From assembly GCF_008000775.2 (NCBI RefSeq), contig NZ_CP042905.2:3720001-3752000 (forward strand): a DNA stretch of 32,000 nucleotides, read 5' to 3'. Below are positions 25,363 to 32,000 of the stretch, in pieces. The notes under the pieces were generated by a model. It was given only the letters and a program-made list of their open reading frames with translations. It was not told the DNA's origin and ran no database searches. A program made the position numbers and the translations under genes. This DNA is from Promethearchaeum syntrophicum. GTDB taxonomy: Archaea > Asgardarchaeota > Lokiarchaeia > Sigyniarchaeales > Promethearchaeaceae. Position 1 is the first letter of the stretch. The number at the start of each line of letters is the position of its first letter.

Positions 25363-27345
25363 TTAGAAGAAATTCAATTCATAGTCAGCCATGCCTACGG
25401 TAGCACTGACAATCAATAATATATTTTCATCTCCAAAGGAAGTAAGATCCCAAGTACCTTCATTTAGATCGTTCAAATCCAGATCTTGTAAAATTGAACC
25501 ATCTTCAGTTGTCAAAGTCACCATGAAATCAGCCTCCGGGATTATTGAATAAAATGCTTCCATATTCAAAGGTATATCATTGACCTTAACATTTTCTACC
25601 CACCATCCTGCTTCTTCGGTTGCCCAATCAGTCATATAACGGAATTGAAGGATAACTTCTTGATCAATAAATGCACCTAAATCGAAAGTCATAGTTCCAT
25701 CAAAAGAACCACATAATCCAGGTAAATTATCGATGATTGCGGGATAAGCGGCAGGATCGTATTCATCATTTGTATACTCATTTTCTAGAGATGTCCATGT
25801 ATTACCATCATCATTAGAGATTTGCACAAACCCAAAGTCCCAAAGGTCCTCAATTTCATATTCTGTATCAAAGGTAAGTTTTGGTTCTGTGATGCCGGTT
25901 AAATCTAGATCATAAAGAATTCGTAAATCCATCTCTGGAGCCGCGGGGGTAGAATACAAGGTGTTTCCATCGTTTTCCCAATGGGGAACAGTTGCCAAAT
26001 CATCTCCATTGAAAGACAAAGTTTTGTAATTTAACCCATTCAAGGCGATATAATCGGTTGAATAATCTCCTAATAGATAAACATCTGTTTCATAACCCAA
26101 AATTGACACAGTTTGTCCGAAATCACTACCTTTATATGGAAAAGCTGTAGTTGCATCAAGGTTATAAACTCTTGCGGAGTCAAAATCGGCGAGATCCATA
26201 TATAAATAATTATAATCCCCGGAATGAATAAGGTTCGCAATTCTCCAATTGTGGAAGGCATCCTCGAAGCGATCTTCAGATCCGATAGATTCTAAAACCG
26301 CATTAATACCGGGAATTCCACCAATTCCTGATTGAACAAAATCTCTGATAAATGTTTCTCCATATGTATCACCTAAATAAATCGCCCATAACAAAGCTGA
26401 TCCGTAATCTGCTAAGATATTAGTTCCTCCTTGATCTTCCCAATCGACTAATGAATTGTCAGGAGTAGCCATATAACTATTAATATCTCCCTCAGCAAGA
26501 GGATACCCACATAGTGGTTCAGCATACATAGAACACCCTTCGTTCATAAAAATATCATCGTAGGTGTTCAAATCATCATGGATTAGATGTTGGTATTCAT
26601 GTGCAATAACTCCTTCATAGAGGTTTGGCCGTTTAGCATCATCTCCAACTCGATTCACCCAATCATAACAATCAATCGAGATAATATTTCTGTCAAAGTA
26701 ATTTTCTAGAGAAGGTGAATAAAACCCTGCGTAATAATAGGGATAATCATGGTCATAGTAGTTGGTATCTCGGATATTAGAGACTAAAATAACCGATTTT
26801 CCAGATTCTTCAAAATATTCCCCAGTGGTAGACAAGATTGCCTTTGATCCGTTATGGAAATCTTCATTTCCAAAATAGCCAGTATCTATTGGATAAATAT
26901 TATTTTCAAATTCGTCTAAAAGGTAATCAACTTGCCAATCTTCTACTATTGGTGTGTCGCGATGATCTCCTTTTTTACCATCAAAATCGAGTTCGAGCTG
27001 CACCCAAATTTCGCTCATATTTCCACTCGCACGAAGAATATAGTAGGACCATACATACCCTGCGGCAGCATTTTCATCTAAAACTAACCAATATTTAATT
27101 GCACCCACTTCTGGATAAGTAGGGTAGCCAGAAATGTCGAGGGCTATCCCCTCTTTCTCCATATATTTTTCCGCATATTTTAATGGACCATCATTTCTTA
27201 ACTTCCAACCAATATCAATTGGCGTAGGGTCAACGTAATCTTGTGCAGTAACTGAGATTATTGAGGTAAGCCCACTAATAACAAAAACTGATAAAATAAA
27301 TACAGATATAGTTGTTTTTTTTTTCATTTTAATCACATAATTCAT
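25363..27345 (-). CDS. secreted zinc metalloprotease (HExxH)
   Basis: It has an N-terminal signal/anchor (KKKTTISVFILSVFVISGLTSIISVTA). It also has HEYQHLIH with a downstream NEG. A beta-rich C-terminal region (DFGFVQISNDDGNTWTSL) follows. Confidence 0.75.
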   Translation of the reverse strand: MNYVIKMKKKTTISVFILSVFVISGLTSIISVTAQDYVDPTPIDIGWKLRNDGPLKYAEKYMEKEGIALDISGYPTYPEVGAIKYWLVLDENAAAGYVWSYYILRASGNMSEIWVQLELDFDGKKGDHRDTPIVEDWQVDYLLDEFENNIYPIDTGYFGNEDFHNGSKAILSTTGEYFEESGKSVILVSNIRDTNYYDHDYPYYYAGFYSPSLENYFDRNIISIDCYDWVNRVGDDAKRPNLYEGVIAHEYQHLIHDDLNTYDDIFMNEGCSMYAEPLCGYPLAEGDINSYMATPDNSLVDWEDQGGTNILADYGSALLWAIYLGDTYGETFIRDFVQSGIGGIPGINAVLESIGSEDRFEDAFHNWRIANLIHSGDYNYLYMDLADFDSARVYNLDATTAFPYKGSDFGQTVSILGYETDVYLLGDYSTDYIALNGLNYKTLSFNGDDLATVPHWENDGNTLYSTPAAPEMDLRILYDLDLTGITEPKLTFDTEYEIEDLWDFGFVQISNDDGNTWTSLENEYTNDEYDPAAYPAIIDNLPGLCGSFDGTMTFDLGAFIDQEVILQFRYMTDWATEEAGWWVENVKVNDIPLNMEAFYSIIPEADFMVTLTTEDGSILQDLDLNDLNEGTWDLTSFGDENILLIVSATVGMADYELNFF

Positions 27346-27790
27346 TTCTACCGAATTAACCCATGTTCCATCCCCCAGGAAGAATTTTCAAAACTTCCTT
27401 TAACATTTTTTTCTATTTTTTTTTATGATATGAAACGAAGAGATCAATCAATATGAAATGATAATTAGTTCTTGCGTGGGGAGTGGTTATAAAAAATCAC
27501 GCACACTTCTCCCCTTTCGAATTTAAGATAGTTTCCTACGAAGGCCACAATTTATATATCTCCACCTCTTTGCTCGTAAATCTATATTAATATAAAATTT
27601 TCATACGATAGGGTAGTTTATATAAAATTATTGAATAAAAAGACAATTTTGATTAATTTAATTTTCATTTATTCATATCCTTAGATTAATTACATTTTTA
27701 GTTTATTTGAATAAAATAAAAAGAGATGAGTAAAAATGCATATTTTTTATAAAATATACAATTAAAATGGATATTTTCTTAATTTATCTT

Positions 27791-28213
27791 ATGAGTGATC
27801 TTAAAACCAAACAAACTGATAAAAGTGTGAATGAGTTTTTAAGCAAAATCGAAGATCCTATAAAACAAAAAGCCAGCAGACAAATTTTGAAAATTATGAA
27901 AGAGGTTTCAAAAACTGATCCAAAAATGTGGGGAGAATCAATAATTGGTTTTGGAAATTATCATTATAAATATGCAACCGGACGAGAAGGCGACTGGATG
28001 CGAATTGGATTTTCTCCGCGTAAACAATATTTAACTCTCTATATAATGGATGGTTTTGATAAGTATAATGAATTAATGGAAAAACTAGGGAAATATAAAA
28101 CTGGAAAATCTTGTTTGTATATAAAAAAAATGCAAGATATAGATATCAACATTTTGAAAGAGTTAATGAAAGAATCTCTACTCAATATGGATAAATTATT
28201 TCCGGGGCAGTAA
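27791..28213 (+). CDS. DUF1801 (YdhG-like) domain protein
   Basis: VNEFLSKI...PKMWGESIIGFGNYHYKYATGREGDWMRIGFSPRKQYLTLYI matches the DUF1801 pattern. I prefer the ATG at 27791 over 27767. Confidence 0.7.
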   Translation: MSDLKTKQTDKSVNEFLSKIEDPIKQKASRQILKIMKEVSKTDPKMWGESIIGFGNYHYKYATGREGDWMRIGFSPRKQYLTLYIMDGFDKYNELMEKLGKYKTGKSCLYIKKMQDIDINILKELMKESLLNMDKLFPGQ

Positions 28214-28642
28214 AATAATGATTTTTTTTTTCTAATAGATTTTACAACTTTCGAGATGATTCTAAAACCTTAGACAATCATTTTCATGAATAATGGCAGT
28301 ATAAATCCTCATTTCTCTTAAACATTGGATAAATTATTCACGATTGGTTAAGTGGTTTTCATGAACTTATAAGAAACTCAAGAATGAAGAGATGGGCTTT
28401 ATTAAGTTGAATGAGAATTATTAAAATTTCCGAATTCATTTTCCGAAAGATATCTTAGCCCAATTCAATATGAGGGCAATAATTAACAACATTTGACAAT
28501 ATTTCAAAAGGGAAGTAGAAAAATCAGGAATTAAAGATTCAAAAAAGAATATAGCTGTTTTTTTAGAGATAATTCAGCAAGAGAATGTATAATCTAATTA
28601 AGAAATTAAAGGTTATAATTTAAAATTTTTACAATAAAAAAG

Positions 28643-28683
28643 GAGGTGTTTATTTAAAGTTTATTTATCAACTTTAAAACCTC
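28643..28683 (-). terminator. hairpin followed by a T6 tract downstream of the giant surface-protein gene
   Basis: GAGGT..TTTAAAGTT / AACTTTAAA ACCTC gives 14 bp with a 5-nt bulge and an 8-nt loop. On the minus strand it is followed by CTTTTTTATT. It lies 22 nt after the stop codon. Confidence 0.4.
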
Positions 28684-28704
28684 AAAAAAAACCTAAAATT
28701 AAAT

Positions 28705-31700
28705 TTACAATCTCCTTTTTCTAGATCTAATTACTAAAAGTAATGCAATACTGCTTCCTATTGCAACACTGCTTCCAGCAATAATATATATTGTCATATT
28801 ATCTGCAGGTATCTCAACTGTAAAGGTCCAAGTTTCGGATGTTCTATTTAAATACCCATCATCAACAACTACATACCATTCATAAGTTTCACCATCGACT
28901 AATCCCACCCATTCAACTAATACAGTAGTATTACTTTCGACATTTTCCTGAATACCAATAATATCTCCTGTGATAGCATTATAGAATGTGACAGTTAATT
29001 GATCACCATCTGGATCTGATACATATACTGATAAATTAGCTCCTAAAGCTTCAATAATTTCTTCATTTTCTGGACTTGGATTTATTGGATTATTTGGGGC
29101 ACGATTAGTGTCTGGAAATGTTGTAACACTCACTTCATCACATAATGGCCCTTCTCCTTCAGTATTATTAGCAGATATTTGATAATAATAAGTTTGACCA
29201 TCATTTAATCCCGTATCAGTGTAGGTTAATACATCTCCAACTGAAGCGAATAATGATAAATTCCCTGAACTGGTTCCTCTATAAATGTTATATCCCGTTA
29301 TAACAGATGCACCATCACTTAAAGGTGCACCCCAAGTTAATTCTACTTGTGCATCTCCAGGAATTGCTTGAAGATTTAGCGGCGTACTTGGAAAAACACT
29401 AGGAAGTGCACTCACTTCATCACATAATGGCCCCTCTCCTTCAGCATTTATAGCAGAGATTTGATAATAATAGATCTGTTCATTCGTCAACCCAAGATCA
29501 GTATAGGTTAAAACATCTCCAACTGAAGTGAATAATGATAAACTCCCAGAACTGGTTCCTCTATAAATATTATAGCCAGAAATAGCAGACCCACCATCAC
29601 TTAAGGGTGCACTCCAAGTTAGTTCTACTTGTGCATCATCTGGAATTGCTTGAAGATTTAGCGGCGTACTTGGAAAAACACTAGGAAATGCACTCACTTC
29701 ATCACATAATGGCCCCTCTCCTTCAGCATTTATAGCAGAGATTTGATAATAATAGATCTGTTCATTCGTCAACCCAAGATCAGTATAGGTTAAAACATCT
29801 CCAACTGAAGTGAATAATGATAAACTCCCAGAACTGGTTCCTCTATAAATATTATAGCCCGTAATAACAGACCCACCATCACTGAAAGGTGCATCCCAAG
29901 TCAAATCTACCTGTGCATCATCTGGAATTGCTTGAAGATTTTGAGGTACGGTTGGAGCACCCAATGGAGAAGCACTCACTTCATCACATAATGATCCTTC
30001 TCCTTCAGCATTTATAGCAGAAATTTGATAATAATAGATTTGACCATTAGTTAAACCTAGATCAGTATAAGTTAAAACATCTCCAACTGAAGTGAAAAAT
30101 GATAAACTCCCAGAACTGGTTCCTCTATAAATATTATAGCCCGTAATAGCAGACCCACCATCACTTAAAGGTGCACCCCAAGTTAATTCTATCTGTGCAT
30201 CTCCTGGAAATGTTTGAAGATTTTGAGGTGCACTCGGAAAGGGACTATCTGGAATCCAGCGAATATAGTCTATCCAGGCACAATCACTTCCACTAGATAC
30301 ACTGCCATCTTTACTATAAGTCCATCGAATAGTATGTTCACCTTCAGATATATCTTGGGTAAATTCAGTAAAGGGAACTGTTCCTGATACAGATAAGCCA
30401 CTTAAAACTCCATCAATATATAATCTTAAATAATCGTAATATTGCTCTGATGAAATTCCATACCAAAATTGAAGAGAGCCCGCTCCATTAACTGTTGTTT
30501 CAATCCATGTACTTTGACTATCGACAATATCTCCACTTTCAACCGCATCTCCTCCATAATAAGTCGTCGTCGTTTGAGAAAACCAATCTGAGTCCCCTCC
30601 AGTGCTGAAGGATAACTCGTAATTATCGACACCTTCATCTAACTGTTCATAAATAAGAGTAACACTCACTTCATCGCATAAGGGCCCTTCTCCTTCAGTA
30701 TTATTAGCAGAAATTTGATAATAATAAATTTGTCCATTGGTTAAACCAGTATCAGTATAGGTCAAAACATTTCCAATTGAGGTGAATAATGATAAACTCC
30801 CAGAACTGGTTCCTCTATAAATATTATAACCTGTAATAACAGACCCACCATCACTTAAAGGTGTACCCCAAGTTAATTCTACCTGTTCATCTCCTGGAAT
30901 TGCTTGAAGATTTTGAGGTACGGTTGGAGCACCCAATGGAGTAGTACTCACTTCATCACATAATGGCCCTTCTCCTTCAGTATTATTAGCAGAAATTTGA
31001 TAATAATAAATTTGTCCATTGGTTAAACCAGTATCAGTATAGGTCAAAACATCTCCAATTGAAGTGAATAATGATAAACTCCCAGAACTGGTTCCTCTAT
31101 AAATATTATAGCCCGTAATAGCAGAGTCACCAACACTTAAAGGTGCATCCCAAGTTAATTCTACCTGTTCATCTCCTGGAATTGCTTGAAGATTTTGAGG
31201 GGCACTTGGAACACCCAATGGAGTAGCACTCACTTCATCACATAAGGGCCCTTCTCCTTCAGTATTATTAGCAGAAATTTGATAATAATAGATTTGTCCA
31301 TTGGTTAAACCAGTATCAGTATAGCTCAAAACATCTCCAATTGAAGTGAATAATGATAAACTCCCAGAACTGGTTCCTCTATAAATATTATAACCTGTAA
31401 TAACAGACCCACCATCACTTAAAGGTGCACCCCAAGTTAATTCTACCTGTTCATCTCCTGGAATTGCTTGAAGATTTTGAGGTACGGTTGGAGCACCCAA
31501 TGGAGTAGTACTCACTTCATCACATAATGGCCCTTCTCCTTCAGTATTTTTCGCAGAAATTTGATAATAATAAATTTGCCCATTGGTTAAACCAGTATCA
31601 GTATAGCTCAAAACATCTCCAATTGAAGTGAATAATGATAAACTCCCAGAACTGGTCCCTCTATAAATATTATAGCCCGTAATAGCAGAGTCACCAGCAC

Positions 31701-32000
31701 TTAAAGGTGCATCCCAAGTTAATTCTACCTGTTCATCTCCTGGAATTGCTTGAAGATTTTGAGGGGCACTTGGAACACCCAATGGAGTAGCACTCACTTC
31801 ATCACATAATGGCCCTTCTCCTTCAGTATTATTAGCAGAAATTTGATAATAATAAATTTGTCCATTGGTTAAACCAGTATCAGTATAGGTCAAAACATCT
31901 CCAATTGAGGTGAATAATGATAAACTCCCAGAACTGGTCCCTCTATAAATATTATAGCCCGTAATAGCAGAGTCACCAGCACTTAAAGGTGCATCCCAAG
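28705..32000 (-). CDS. giant membrane-anchored surface protein with at least 9 FN3-like modules, a central jelly-roll-like domain and a C-terminal TM anchor (N-terminus outside the window)
   Basis: The frame stays open to base 32000; the track start at 31893 is an internal TTG inside a repeat. The repeated unit is P.NLQA.PGD.QVELTW..P...G..I.GYNIYRGTSSG.L........LTYTD.GLTNGQIYYYQISA.N.EGEG. The tail is IIAGSSVAIGSSIALLLVIRSRKRRL. Confidence 0.9.
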   Translation of the reverse strand, partial: WDAPLSAGDSAITGYNIYRGTSSGSLSLFTSIGDVLTYTDTGLTNGQIYYYQISANNTEGEGPLCDEVSATPLGVPSAPQNLQAIPGDEQVELTWDAPLSAGDSAITGYNIYRGTSSGSLSLFTSIGDVLSYTDTGLTNGQIYYYQISAKNTEGEGPLCDEVSTTPLGAPTVPQNLQAIPGDEQVELTWGAPLSDGGSVITGYNIYRGTSSGSLSLFTSIGDVLSYTDTGLTNGQIYYYQISANNTEGEGPLCDEVSATPLGVPSAPQNLQAIPGDEQVELTWDAPLSVGDSAITGYNIYRGTSSGSLSLFTSIGDVLTYTDTGLTNGQIYYYQISANNTEGEGPLCDEVSTTPLGAPTVPQNLQAIPGDEQVELTWGTPLSDGGSVITGYNIYRGTSSGSLSLFTSIGNVLTYTDTGLTNGQIYYYQISANNTEGEGPLCDEVSVTLIYEQLDEGVDNYELSFSTGGDSDWFSQTTTTYYGGDAVESGDIVDSQSTWIETTVNGAGSLQFWYGISSEQYYDYLRLYIDGVLSGLSVSGTVPFTEFTQDISEGEHTIRWTYSKDGSVSSGSDCAWIDYIRWIPDSPFPSAPQNLQTFPGDAQIELTWGAPLSDGGSAITGYNIYRGTSSGSLSFFTSVGDVLTYTDLGLTNGQIYYYQISAINAEGEGSLCDEVSASPLGAPTVPQNLQAIPDDAQVDLTWDAPFSDGGSVITGYNIYRGTSSGSLSLFTSVGDVLTYTDLGLTNEQIYYYQISAINAEGEGPLCDEVSAFPSVFPSTPLNLQAIPDDAQVELTWSAPLSDGGSAISGYNIYRGTSSGSLSLFTSVGDVLTYTDLGLTNEQIYYYQISAINAEGEGPLCDEVSALPSVFPSTPLNLQAIPGDAQVELTWGAPLSDGASVITGYNIYRGTSSGNLSLFASVGDVLTYTDTGLNDGQTYYYQISANNTEGEGPLCDEVSVTTFPDTNRAPNNPINPSPENEEIIEALGANLSVYVSDPDGDQLTVTFYNAITGDIIGIQENVESNTTVLVEWVGLVDGETYEWYVVVDDGYLNRTSETWTFTVEIPADNMTIYIIAGSSVAIGSSIALLLVIRSRKRRL
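29112..30240 (-). repeat. tandem 282-bp coding repeats, 4 copies (membrane-proximal FN3 block)
   Basis: The anchor string CACTCACTTCATCAC recurs at 29127, 29409, 29691 and 29973, exactly 282 bp apart. Copies 2 and 3 are identical over about 190 bp and then diverge. Confidence 0.9.
30656..32000 (-). repeat. tandem 282-bp coding repeats, at least 4.7 copies, alternating A/B subtypes (564-bp super-repeat), running off the window
   Basis: The anchor string recurs at 30663, 30945, 31227, 31509 and 31791, 282 bp apart. Units alternate between SAPQNLQ..WDAPLS.GDSAITGYN and TVPQNLQ..WG.PLSDGGSVITGYN. Confidence 0.9.

Noticed and set aside
22118-30638. Nested minus- or plus-strand ORFs at 22118..22306, 26070..26261, 26838..27098 and 30426..30638
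   Set aside because: They lie inside the epimerase, protease and giant surface-protein genes. No motifs support them.
31891-31893. The track's start codon for the giant protein
   Set aside because: It is a TTG encoding the Leu of the repeated GDVLTYTD motif. The frame continues without stops to base 32000, so the gene is 5'-truncated by the window.
29112-32000. Whether the highly regular direct repeats could be a CRISPR array or a non-coding satellite
   Set aside because: The unit is 282 bp with no unique spacers. A single long reading frame runs through all copies, and it translates into a conserved FN3-like module.
1-32000. Mobile elements, integrases, tRNA or rRNA genes, toxin-antitoxin pairs, or a recognisable complete defence system
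   Set aside because: No transposase or integrase motifs, terminal inverted repeats, tRNA-like GC-rich cloverleaf segments or known defence gene signatures were seen. The only trace is the truncated Sir2 fragment.

Overview
This is an AT-rich chromosomal segment (roughly one-third GC by eye), probably archaeal. The split selenium-type hydrogenase and the giant FN3 surface protein resemble Methanococcales or Asgard/Loki-type genomes, but that is inference only. All family calls come from reading motifs in the supplied translations; no searches were run.

Layout:
(1) 1-6.9 kb holds [NiFe]-hydrogenase maturation genes: the hypD 3' end, a maturation endopeptidase, hypE, hypF and hypC. Two hydrolases and a Cys/His-rich orphan interrupt the cluster.
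(2) 7.0-10.2 kb holds an ArsR-type regulator with a CPC-type P1B heavy-metal ATPase, plus a 3x 2TM-domain/zinc-ribbon membrane protein.
(3) 10.5-14.8 kb is a tightly coupled minus-strand operon: hydrogenase small subunit, HdrC, HdrB, then hydrogenase large subunit. It ends with a 52-codon gene that the ORF track misses. That gene has an in-frame TGA and supplies the missing C-terminal U-x-x-C-x-x-H nickel-binding motif, so it looks like a VhuU-like selenopeptide of a split [NiFeSe] enzyme.
(4) 15.2-17.5 kb, directly upstream on the same strand, is a TusA-YeeE/YedE-DsrE-DsrF-DsrH sulfur (or selenium) relay operon.
(5) 17.8-28.2 kb is accessory-looking: a Sir2 remnant, a B12-radical SAM enzyme, an exported orphan, an SDR epimerase, an AAC(3)-like acetyltransferase, a duplicated-domain orphan, rubrerythrin with VIT1, a secreted HExxH protease and a DUF1801 protein.
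(6) 28.7-32.0 kb is a giant membrane-anchored surface protein built from near-identical 282-bp FN3 repeats; it runs off the window.

No rRNA, tRNA, CRISPR array or transposase was recognised. The best candidate for a novel system is the hydrogenase-HdrBC-selenopeptide operon together with the adjacent sulfur-relay operon.
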